A stretch of 62,106 nt of DNA from Acidimicrobiia bacterium (GTDB lineage Bacteria; Actinomycetota; Acidimicrobiia; Spongiisociales; UBA11373): positions 1 to 62,106 of the forward strand of contig JAWVYO010000002.1 of NCBI GenBank assembly GCA_033722675.1, read 5' to 3'. The notes beneath the pieces were generated by a model. It worked only from the letters and a program-made list of their open reading frames with translations, did no database searches and was not told the origin of the DNA. Position 1 is the stretch's first letter, and each line of letters starts with the position of its first letter. The translations under genes and the position numbers were made by a program. Positions 9,779 through 17,227 of the stretch are shown here, one piece after another.

Positions 9779-12738
9779 CGGTCGTACGCCTCCCGCCCCG
9801 CCGGCCATGCCGGGCAGACCAGTTTCACGGAGCATCGATCGCACGCCGCCGAGGGCGTGGCGGGCCACCGTTCGGCGGCGATGCCAGCGGCGGCGGCGTC
9901 GAGGGACGCCAGGACGTCGTCGAGACGATCCAGGTCGAACTCCCTCGTGGCGACGCCGGACTTGAGCAGCTTCGCCGGGTACCAGAAGGACGCCGCCGTG
10001 ACCGGTCGTCCGGTGTGGTTCGCGGCGGCGAGCGCGTAGAAGCCGAGCTGGAGCGAACCGGCGGCGTCGGCGAGGGTCGCCGGACTCCGGCTCGTCTTGT
10101 AGTCGACGACGCCGACCCCGCCGTCGGCCTCCTCGATGCGGTCCACCCGCCCCCGCCACCGGACCCCATTCCGTTCGAGCTCCACGGGAAGCTCGACGGT
10201 CAGTCCGGGGCCGGACCCCGGCCAATGCTCGTAGAGGTTCGTGAGGATGCCCGCGGCGCGCTCGTGCCAGGCCGCCGCCCACGCGCCACCTCCGAAGGTC
10301 CCCGGCTCGAACCGTTCGTCCAACAGGGCGAGTGCGTCCTCGAGGCGACCGTGGTCGCGACCGGCGGCGATCGCCTCGCCCTCCACCGTCTCGAGCACCT
10401 CGTGGACGAGGGACCCGAGCGCGGCATGGGGCCCGGCGCCGTCGTCGACGAGGAGCCGACGCTCGAGGGCATAGCGGCGGGGGCACGTCGCGTAGGCCTC
10501 CGCCTGGCTGGGGGAGAGCTCCAGGATGCCGGGCACCAGTCCGTCGTCGGCGCCCCGGGGCAGCACGCCGGCCACGGCCCACGGCGGCCGCGGGCGCCAG
10601 GGCTCGTCGGAGCCGAGGACGGCGATGGCGGCGAGCCGTCGGGCGACCGGCTCACCGGGGTCTCGGGCGATGGCGAGCAGCCAGGCCTCGGCCTCGCGCG
10701 GTGTGACCGGCTCTCGATCGACCGCCGGCGCGCCGAGGTCGCCGTCGGGGTCGAGCATCGAGAGGAAGCGACTCGGCGTCCCGGCGCCGGTCTCGTTCGC
10801 CGTGGAGGTGCAGGTCCACACGACCCGGCTCCGGGCGCGACACATGGCGGTGTAGGCGAGGCGCATCTCCTCCTGGAGTCGGAAGGACGCCCAGGCGGCG
10901 GGATCCGCGGGCCGGTCGGACCCGAGCTGACGGACCTGCAGGAGCGTTTCGCGACGTCGCAGGTCGGGGAACACCCCGTCGACCGCGTCGGCGATCACGA
11001 CCACGTCGAACTCCCGGCCCTTGGCCTGGTGGAGGCTCGTGAGGGTGAGCCGGTCCTCGTCGGGGGCGCGGAACTCGAGCAACGGCGTGGCCTCGAAGTC
11101 GTCCTCCTCCGACCAGCGGAGGTAGTCCGCGAGCGTGGTCGAAGGGTCCCGTTCCCGGAGCCGGCCGAGCACCTGCGACAGCGATGCCCAGGCACGGCGC
11201 ATGTCGGCGTCCCTGCGGGCGGCGGGGACGATCTCGGGGAGCGTCGACCAGACGTGCCAGAAGCCGTCCGCGGCGGGACGGCCGGTGGCCCAGCCGCCGT
11301 CGGCGACGATCGCCGCCAGCTCGGGATGACCGGCCGATTCGAGGATCTCGGCCCACGCAGCGCCCGCCGCCCGGGCACGTTCGAGGTCCCGGACCGACCC
11401 GAGGGCCAGCCCCACGAGGGGTCCGAGCAGCAGCCGACGGATCGCCCGCTCCGCCTCCGGCCCTGCGAGGGAGGCGGCCCGGACGAGGTCGAAGAGGATC
11501 CGGGCGGCCGGATGGTCGACGAGGCGTCGGTCGGGCTGGTCGTGGGCGATCCGCCGCCGGTCGAGCGCCCGGGACAGCTCGGGGAGCAGCCGTCGCTTCG
11601 AGCGGACGAGCACCGCCATCCGTGCGTAGGGGATGCGGTCGCGGCGGTGGATCCGCTCGAGCTCGCCGGCGATCCATTCGGCCTCGTGGCTCTGCTGGTC
11701 GAAGCGGTAGGTCTCGACCGCCGCGGACCCCGGCGCCGGCACCACCGGGCCCGCCGCCCCCGGAAGGTCGCCACCGGCGGTGACCCGCACCGCGGCGTCG
11801 AGGATGGCGGCGGGCACCCGGAAGGACGTGGTGAGCACGATGCGACGCCCCGGGGTGCCGTCGGGAGCCGCGAACTGGTGGGGGAAGCGGGCGACGTTGT
11901 CGAGCGCCGCACCCCGGAAGCTGAAGATGGACTGGTAGGGATCTCCGGCGGCCGTCAGATTGCGGTGCCCGGCCGTGAGCCGGTCCAACAGGGCGGCCTG
12001 CGCGACCGTCGTGTCCTGGAACTCGTCCACGAGCACGTACCGGAACCGATCGGTCACCGATCCCGCGGCGCCGGGCTCGTCGAGGAGCATCACCGCGGTG
12101 GACTGGAGCGTCCCGTAGTCGATGCGGTTGCGCGTTCGCAGTTCGGCCTCATAGCGCTCGAGGAAGGCCGCGAGGCCATCCCAGTCGTCGCGGGCGGCGG
12201 CGCGACGTTCCAGTTCGTCGGGATCGACGAGGTGCTCGCGGCATCGGAGGAGGAAGTCGGCGACCTCGTCCGCGAAGGCGGGGGACCCGAGCAGGCCTCG
12301 GAAGGCGAGCGGCCAGCGGTCGGGCTGCTCGGTGGCCAGCAGGTCCCCGACGAGCGCCACCTGTTCCGGACCGGTGAGCAGCGTCGGGGGGCGGGCGGGT
12401 GAGGCGCCCGGGAGCCGATCGGCGCGGGCCTCCACGATCCGCATCGCCAGGGAATGGAACGTCAGGGCCGGGATGCCGGAGGTGGTGCGGTCCAGCCGGT
12501 GCGACAGGCGCGTGCGCAGGTCGGCGACGGTGCGGCGGGAGAAGGAGACCAGGAGGAGCTCATCGGGTTCGGCGGCGCCGGATTCGACGATGTGGGCGGC
12601 GCGGCGAACGAGGAACTCGGTCTTGCCCGCACCCGGCCCGGCCACGACGAGCTGGGGTCCGTCGACGTCGGCGAGGACCGGCTTCCAATCGGGTGGATCC
12701 ACCCGGATCTCGGGCACTGGAGGTGTGGTGGTGGGCAC
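9775..12738 (-). CDS. adnA: UvrD-like helicase / RecB-type Fe-S nuclease subunit (AdnA-like)
   Basis: VVAGPGAGKTEFL Walker A, VLVDEFQDTT, and a C-terminal nuclease with CPRRYALE...CDRCSVKLVC. It is first in a two-gene operon, as in mycobacterial adnAB. Confidence 0.8.
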   Translation of the reverse strand: MPTTTPPVPEIRVDPPDWKPVLADVDGPQLVVAGPGAGKTEFLVRRAAHIVESGAAEPDELLLVSFSRRTVADLRTRLSHRLDRTTSGIPALTFHSLAMRIVEARADRLPGASPARPPTLLTGPEQVALVGDLLATEQPDRWPLAFRGLLGSPAFADEVADFLLRCREHLVDPDELERRAAARDDWDGLAAFLERYEAELRTRNRIDYGTLQSTAVMLLDEPGAAGSVTDRFRYVLVDEFQDTTVAQAALLDRLTAGHRNLTAAGDPYQSIFSFRGAALDNVARFPHQFAAPDGTPGRRIVLTTSFRVPAAILDAAVRVTAGGDLPGAAGPVVPAPGSAAVETYRFDQQSHEAEWIAGELERIHRRDRIPYARMAVLVRSKRRLLPELSRALDRRRIAHDQPDRRLVDHPAARILFDLVRAASLAGPEAERAIRRLLLGPLVGLALGSVRDLERARAAGAAWAEILESAGHPELAAIVADGGWATGRPAADGFWHVWSTLPEIVPAARRDADMRRAWASLSQVLGRLRERDPSTTLADYLRWSEEDDFEATPLLEFRAPDEDRLTLTSLHQAKGREFDVVVIADAVDGVFPDLRRRETLLQVRQLGSDRPADPAAWASFRLQEEMRLAYTAMCRARSRVVWTCTSTANETGAGTPSRFLSMLDPDGDLGAPAVDREPVTPREAEAWLLAIARDPGEPVARRLAAIAVLGSDEPWRPRPPWAVAGVLPRGADDGLVPGILELSPSQAEAYATCPRRYALERRLLVDDGAGPHAALGSLVHEVLETVEGEAIAAGRDHGRLEDALALLDERFEPGTFGGGAWAAAWHERAAGILTNLYEHWPGSGPGLTVELPVELERNGVRWRGRVDRIEEADGGVGVVDYKTSRSPATLADAAGSLQLGFYALAAANHTGRPVTAASFWYPAKLLKSGVATREFDLDRLDDVLASLDAAAAGIAAERWPATPSAACDRCSVKLVCPAWPAGREAYDR

Positions 12739-12834
12739 GGGAACAACCTATCGGCCGGCACCGACACGGTTCCGGGCAGGTCGGTGCGCCGGTGGGTAGC
12801 CTCCTGGCGGAGCGAGACGGGGCGAGGGGAAGAC

Positions 12835-14124
12835 ATGTCGAACGACCACGAGATCCTGGGCGACGGCCTGCGCGAGTGGGAGTCGCCCCTCTATCGGGAA
12901 GCCCTCCGGCAATTCGACCGGGTGGCCGAGCGGATCGGCCTCGACGACAACGTGGCCGAGCGGCTGCGGGTGCCGCAGCGGGCGATCGTCGTCACCTTCC
13001 CGTTCCGCCACGACGAGTACTCCGAGGTCGAGAGCGTGTTCGGGTACCGGGTGCAGCACGTGCTCACCATGGGGCCGACGAAGGGCGGGATCCGATACGC
13101 CGGCGACGTGAACCTCGGCGAGGTGGCGGCGCTCGCCATGCTCATGACGTGGAAGTGCGCGATCGTCGGCCTCCCCTTCGGCGGCGCCAAGGGCGGCGTC
13201 CGTATCGACCCGACCCGCCTCTCGCGGGCCGAGAAACAGCGGGTGACGCGCCGCTTCACGTCGGAGATCATCAACTTCATCGGTCCCGACACCGACATCC
13301 CCGCCCCCGACATGGGGACCGACGCCCAGACGATGGCGTGGATCATGGACACGTACAGCCAGCAGGTCGGGCACTCCGAGCCCGCCGTGGTCACCGGCAA
13401 GCCCCCCGAGCTCGGCGGCTCGGTGGCCCGGCGCGAGGCGACCGGGCGGGGCCTCATGACGCTGCTCGGACCCGCCTGCCAGGAGGTCGGCCTCGACGTG
13501 GAGGGCGCCACCGTGGCGGTGCACGGCTTCGGGAACGTCGGCCAGTACGCGGCCCTCGCCGCCGCCGAGCAGGGAGCGGTCGTCCAGGCGATCTCCGACA
13601 TCTCCGGCGTCGTCTTCGCGGGCGGCGGCGTGGACGTCAAGGAGGCGATGGCCCACGTCGAGCAGCACGGCTCGCTGGAGGGATACGAGGGCGGGGAGCG
13701 CCTCGACGGGGACGAGTTGTTCGGCCTCGACGTCGACGTGCTCGTCCCCGCGGCGATCGGCGGGGTGATCACCGAGGACAACGCCGACGACGTGCGGGCG
13801 AAGCTCGTCCTCGAGGGCGCCAACGGACCCACCACGGCGGCCGCCGACGACATCCTCGACGGCAACGGCGTGCTCGTCGTCCCCGACATCCTCGGCAACG
13901 CCGGCGGCGTGACCGTCTCGTACTTCGAGTGGGTGCAGGACCTCCAGAACTACTTCTGGAGCGAGGCGGAGATCGTCGGCCGGCTCCGGGAGATCATGAG
14001 CCGCGCCTTCACGGACGTGCTCGCCGTGGCGAAGGAGGAGGGCACGAGCCTCCGCACCGCGGCGCTCATCAAGGGCATCACGCGGGTGTCGGAGGCGAAG
14101 CTCGTCCGGGGGATCTTCCCCTAG
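12835..14124 (+). CDS. gdh: Glutamate dehydrogenase (Glu/Leu/Phe/Val dehydrogenase family)
   Basis: GPTKGGIRY, LPFGGAKGG and GFGNVG motifs. The ATG at 12835 is preceded by a GGGGCGAGGGGAAG SD-like tract. Confidence 0.9.
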   Translation: MSNDHEILGDGLREWESPLYREALRQFDRVAERIGLDDNVAERLRVPQRAIVVTFPFRHDEYSEVESVFGYRVQHVLTMGPTKGGIRYAGDVNLGEVAALAMLMTWKCAIVGLPFGGAKGGVRIDPTRLSRAEKQRVTRRFTSEIINFIGPDTDIPAPDMGTDAQTMAWIMDTYSQQVGHSEPAVVTGKPPELGGSVARREATGRGLMTLLGPACQEVGLDVEGATVAVHGFGNVGQYAALAAAEQGAVVQAISDISGVVFAGGGVDVKEAMAHVEQHGSLEGYEGGERLDGDELFGLDVDVLVPAAIGGVITEDNADDVRAKLVLEGANGPTTAAADDILDGNGVLVVPDILGNAGGVTVSYFEWVQDLQNYFWSEAEIVGRLREIMSRAFTDVLAVAKEEGTSLRTAALIKGITRVSEAKLVRGIFP

Positions 14125-14954
14125 GCGCTGGCGGCGGCCAGGCGCTCCTCGCCGGACGCCGCGAACGCCGGGCAGATGTCCTGGAAGGAGCACCAGTCGC
14201 AGAGGGGGCCCGTCCGGGGCGGGAAGCGGTCCTCCTCGATGGCCCGTTCGATGGCGCGCCACAGGGCCCGCAGCTGGCGGTCCATGGCGTCGAGCTGACC
14301 GTCCGTCACCGGGATCCGGTAGACGGTCGGACCGTTGAGGTAGATCAGCTGCACCTCGTCGGGCGTCCTGCCGAGACGCCGGCGGATGAGCAGGGCGTAG
14401 ATCTTCAGGGCGAAGAAGGCCGGCAGGGCGAACCGTTCCGGCGGCGCCTTCCCCGTCTTGTAGTCGGTGATGACGAGGCGCCCGTCGTCCGTCTCCTCCA
14501 TGCGATCGAGGATCCCGCGGACGACGATGCCGTCGAGGTCCTCGAGCATGTCGAGCTCCCGGTCGAGGGGGTCGAAGGCGCGCGGGTCCTCGATCGTGAA
14601 GTAGTTGGCCAGCAGCTCGAGGCTCTCCAGCCCCCACGCCCGCTCCTCCTCGACGTCGTCGAAGAGGTCCTCGTACTCCTCGAGCCGGACCTCGGACCAT
14701 GCCTCACGGAAGAGGTCGTACAGCGTCTCGGGCGTTCGGCGCTCGGCCGGCAGATCGAAGAGGCGCTGCAGGGCGAGGTGCGCCGTCGTGCCCCGGGCCT
14801 GGTAGACGGTGGTGGGCTCGGGGAGCCGGTCGATCGCCCGGAACTTGAAGAGCTGCGGGCACTGCTTGAAGTCGCTCGCCCGGCTCGGGGAGAGGCGTTC
14901 GAGCACGGGTGTGTCGGCAGCGGTTCCGGAGTCGGCAGCGGCGTTCTGATCCAT
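14121..14954 (-). CDS. RecB-family PD-(D/E)XK nuclease (Cas4-like fold, Fe-S cysteines)
   Basis: MDQNAA...SPSRASDFKQCPQLFKFRAI...ITDYKTGK...CDWCSFQDICP. The Cys1...Cys3 pattern is as in AddB/Cas4 nucleases. The ORF upstream of the ATG at 14954 is an Arg-rich shadow. Confidence 0.8.
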   Translation of the reverse strand: MDQNAAADSGTAADTPVLERLSPSRASDFKQCPQLFKFRAIDRLPEPTTVYQARGTTAHLALQRLFDLPAERRTPETLYDLFREAWSEVRLEEYEDLFDDVEEERAWGLESLELLANYFTIEDPRAFDPLDRELDMLEDLDGIVVRGILDRMEETDDGRLVITDYKTGKAPPERFALPAFFALKIYALLIRRRLGRTPDEVQLIYLNGPTVYRIPVTDGQLDAMDRQLRALWRAIERAIEEDRFPPRTGPLCDWCSFQDICPAFAASGEERLAAASA

Positions 14955-14992
14955 GTGGAGACCATACACCGGGGGAATGACACGCGTGGAAG

Positions 14993-16165
14993 TCAGGTCG
15001 TCGCGGCGGGCACGCGGCGCCACAGGTCCCGCTCCGCGACGGCGAAGAGCACCGAGCCCACGACCACCCATCCCGCAGCCGCCACGAACATGGCCGTGTA
15101 CCCGCCGAGGCCGATGATCAATCCGAGGAGGGGACTGCCGATCAGCGTGCCGACGTCGAACAGGCCCGTGAAGATCGACACCGCCGAGCCGAGTTCCGAC
15201 GGCCGGGAGCGTTCGACGATGAGGGCGTACGCGATGGGGAACAGGAAGGCGTGGCCGGCCCCGCAGAGCACGCCTGCGACCGCCACCGCGGTCATCGACG
15301 AGGCCGTCCCCAGGGCCAGGAAGCCGGCGGCGAACACGACGAGGGCCGGGTAGAGGATCGTCTTCTGTCCGTAGCGGTCGGGCAGCCAGCCCGCCGTGAC
15401 CCGCAGCCCGATGGCGGTCGCCGCGTAGGCGGCGAAGAACCCGCCGACCGAGCCGACGCCGGTCTGGTCGACGTACGTGCGAAGGAAGGCGAAATAGCCG
15501 GTCAGCGCCACCGAGAAGACGAGCGTGATCCACCACAGCGGCCGCAGCGATCGCCGCCGGAGGGCGGAGAAGAAGGAGGGGGACCCCTCGCCGTCGTCGA
15601 CGATGTCGACCGCCACGTCCCGGACCGGGAGCGAGAGCAGGAGCGACACGGTGGCGAACAGGGTGGCGGTGAGGAAGAGCTCGTCGTAGCCCCAGCGGGC
15701 GACGACGGTGTCCCCGATCACACCGCCGAGGGCGATCGGGAGCAGTCCGGAGACGCCGAAGAGGGCGAGCCCCTGTGTGCGCCGATCGGGGGGTACGTAG
15801 TCGGCGGCCAGCGTCGTGAGCGAGGTGAACAGCATGGCCACGGCGAGGCCGTGGACGATCCGAATGCCGTAGACGAGGGGCCCGATCGAACCGATGGCCA
15901 GGTAGGAGGCGACGATCGCGACGTTGAGGGCGTTGCCGGCCAGGACCACCGGTCGCCGTCCCCGCCGGTCCATGATCGAGCCGATCTTCGGCCGGGCCGC
16001 CACCGAGGCGATCGCCGTCGACCCGAAGATGACCCCGATCTCGAACTCCGAGGCCCCGAGTCGATCGAGGAATCCGGGGAAGTGCACGAAGAGGAAGAAC
16101 GCCATCCCCATGAAGAGATTGGCGAAGAAGACGAGCAGGAAGGGGCCCGTGAAGAGGCGTCGCAC
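14993..16165 (-). CDS. MFS transporter
   Basis: A 12-TM-like hydrophobic profile and an MFS loop motif (MDRRGRRP). GTG start at 16165. Confidence 0.85.
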   Translation of the reverse strand: MRRLFTGPFLLVFFANLFMGMAFFLFVHFPGFLDRLGASEFEIGVIFGSTAIASVAARPKIGSIMDRRGRRPVVLAGNALNVAIVASYLAIGSIGPLVYGIRIVHGLAVAMLFTSLTTLAADYVPPDRRTQGLALFGVSGLLPIALGGVIGDTVVARWGYDELFLTATLFATVSLLLSLPVRDVAVDIVDDGEGSPSFFSALRRRSLRPLWWITLVFSVALTGYFAFLRTYVDQTGVGSVGGFFAAYAATAIGLRVTAGWLPDRYGQKTILYPALVVFAAGFLALGTASSMTAVAVAGVLCGAGHAFLFPIAYALIVERSRPSELGSAVSIFTGLFDVGTLIGSPLLGLIIGLGGYTAMFVAAAGWVVVGSVLFAVAERDLWRRVPAATT

Positions 16166-16179
16166 CGGGTCAGCCTAGG

Positions 16180-16211
16180 GGTCGCGAAAAGCAATCAGCC
16201 GGTCGCGAAAA
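16180..16211 (+). promoter_or_regulatory. Pair of direct GGTCGCGAAAA motifs (candidate operator/UP-like element), unit 1
   Basis: Identical 11-mers at 16180-16190 and 16201-16211, spaced 21 bp start to start. The proximal copy starts 28 bp before the -35 hexamer. The same arrangement recurs at 16811-16841. Confidence 0.5.
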
Positions 16212-16228
16212 CCCGACAGCGGTCTCGC

Positions 16229-16258
16229 TTGACGCCTCGGTCGGGGCCCCCCTACGTT
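16229..16258 (+). promoter_or_regulatory. Candidate SigA-type promoter P1 (TTGACG-18-TACGTT)
   Basis: -35 at 16229-16234, -10 at 16253-16258, 18-nt spacer. It is homologous to the promoter at 16859-16887. Confidence 0.5.
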
Positions 16259-16264
16259 GTGACC

Positions 16265-16530
16265 ACTGCCTCCTCGGAGCCGCAAGGATCCGGAGAGGCG
16301 GCCCCGGCGGCGCTCCTTCGGGAGCAGGTCGGACGGGCCCCCGGGCTCGGACGACTGACGGCGGGGCCACACCCGGCGAACGGGCTTCGGCCCGATCGAC
16401 GGGGAGATCGGACCGATCTCACGACCGGTTCGATCGGCCCGCCGGCGGGCGTCCTTCGGGGCGACCGACGGTCGGGAAGAGGACCCCCGAGAGGGCGGAG
16501 GCTTCGGCCAAAGCTTTCTCGGGGGTTTCT
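16265..16530 (+). ncRNA. Candidate structured ncRNA, unit 1 (family unknown)
   Basis: Lies between promoter P1 and a hairpin with U-rich tail. UUCG-capped helices at 16313-16324, 16381-16394, 16450-16463 and 16500-16509, plus a 7-bp hairpin at 16404-16420. No ATG/GTG/TTG on the + strand from 16262 to 16544. Ends are approximate. Confidence 0.5.
16484..16530 (+). terminator. Hairpin plus U-rich tail (candidate intrinsic terminator of unit 1)
   Basis: CCCCCGAGA (16484-16492) pairs with UCUCGGGGG (16517-25), with an inner GGC-UUCG-GCC hairpin, followed by UUUCU. Confidence 0.5.
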
Positions 16531-16595
16531 CACGTCTCGAGGAGGTGGGCGTCGGGTACCGACCGACCACGGGTCGTTCCACCTGCCTCAACGCT

Positions 16596-16783
16596 CGGCG
16601 GCAGCACCCCGCAGCCCACGCATTTCGCGCCAGACCGACGTGACTCGGCCTGGGTGGGCCCCCGAGCGGAGCGGGGTGAGAATCGCAGCACCCGGCGGCA
16701 GCACCCGACACACCAGACCCGCGCGTCGGACCTGAGTGACTCGGCCTCCGTGGCCCGGAACGGCCCGAGCGGAGCGGGAAGCA
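16596..16783 (+). repeat. Two imperfect tandem direct repeats of ~97 nt
   Basis: Shared blocks are CGGCGGCAGCACCC (16596, 16693), GTGACTCGGCCT (16640, 16736) and CCCGAGCGGAGCGGG (16661, 16764). Confidence 0.6.
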
Positions 16784-16810
16784 GAGCCTCGGCGCAGGGG
16801 TGTGAGCGCA

Positions 16811-16858
16811 GAGCGCGAAAATTCTTCGGCGGTCGCGAAAACCGACCAGCGTTTTCGC
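16811..16858 (+). promoter_or_regulatory. Motif pair GAGCGCGAAAA / GGTCGCGAAAA plus inverted repeat GCGAAAAC-N8-GTTTTCGC, unit 2
   Basis: 11-mers at 16811-16821 and 16831-16841, spaced 20 bp. A perfect 8-bp inverted repeat at 16835-16858 abuts the -35. The proximal copy again starts 28 bp before the -35. Confidence 0.5.
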
Positions 16859-16887
16859 TTGCGACCTCGGGGTGCTGCCCATACATT
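16859..16887 (+). promoter_or_regulatory. Candidate SigA-type promoter P2 (TTGCGA-17-TACATT)
   Basis: -35 at 16859-16864 and -10 at 16882-16887. The flanks align with P1. Confidence 0.5.
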
Positions 16888-16893
16888 GGTCTC

Positions 16894-17219
16894 AGTCGCC
16901 CGGGAAACCGAGGCGGCGGCCTCGGAGCCGGAGACGGCTCTGGAGGCGGCCCGGCAGACGGCCCGAGAGGGACGTCGGGCCATCCGGGAGACCGGGTGGT
17001 CTGAAGCCCCGGCAACGGGGCCGACCAAAGGAGTCTTCGGGCTCCGGCGGCGAGTCGGGTCACCCAGGCGATGGACTTCGGTCCAGCGTCAGGGATCGGA
17101 GTGATCGCAAGGTCGCTTCGAGGCTCGGCGGGAGCCCGGCCCGAGAGGGTACGGACCGGCGAGCAGAGGAACCCCGAGAGGGTGGAGGCTTCGGCCGAGA
17201 CTCCCTCGGGGTTCTCTCG
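16894..17219 (+). ncRNA. Candidate structured ncRNA, unit 2 (paralogue of unit 1)
   Basis: Shares the 5' helix (16920-16946 vs 16272-16298) and the 3' module with unit 1. GCAA-capped 6-bp helix at 17006-17021. UUCG-capped helices at 17030-17045, 17073-17084 and 17187-17196. Ends are approximate. Confidence 0.5.
17170..17219 (+). terminator. Hairpin plus U/C-rich tail (candidate terminator of unit 2, possibly bidirectional with the convergent lipoprotein gene)
   Basis: AACCCCGAG (17170-78) pairs with CUCGGGGUU (17205-13), with an inner GGC-UUCG-GCC hairpin. It is nearly identical to the 16484-16530 module and lies 9 nt from the stop of the convergent gene at 17228. Confidence 0.5.
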
Positions 17220-17227
17220 CGTCCGGG

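Noticed and set aside
1-14954. sbcC plus AdnAB-like genes plus the RecB-family nuclease read as an anti-phage defence island.
   Set aside because: All are standard chromosomal double-strand-break repair genes interleaved with housekeeping genes (mcr, ychF, dtd, gdh). There are no methylases, toxins, reverse transcriptases or mobile-element markers.
16427-16435. GGTTCGATC T-loop-like sequence suggesting a tRNA. A similar GAGTTCGACCC occurs at about 21250-21260.
   Set aside because: The flanks cannot form a 5-bp T-stem with a 7-nt loop, and there is no acceptor, D or anticodon arm. These are chance matches.
16596-16783. The tandem repeats as a CRISPR array.
   Set aside because: There are only two copies, each about 97 nt, and they are imperfect and directly abutting without unique spacers. 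No cas genes are present in the window.
16261-16960. Possible riboswitch identities: a B12-box-like GCCACTG-type string at 16262-16270, and glycine-riboswitch-like CUCUGGAGG / CCGGAGAGG at 16938-16946 and 16290-16298.
   Set aside because: Only short fragments match. The other conserved cores are absent (the glycine ACCGAAGGGGCAA core and the cobalamin GGUGNNAANCCGG core). No downstream same-strand gene exists to be regulated.
16175-17104. ORFs inside the non-coding island (16175..16882 -, 16530..17063 -, 16588..17028 -, 16654..17004 +, 16736..17104 +, 17071..17259 +).
   Set aside because: They have Arg/Pro-rich shadow composition and no SD. They are mutually overlapping in several frames, and they cut across the promoter and terminator modules shared by the two RNA units.
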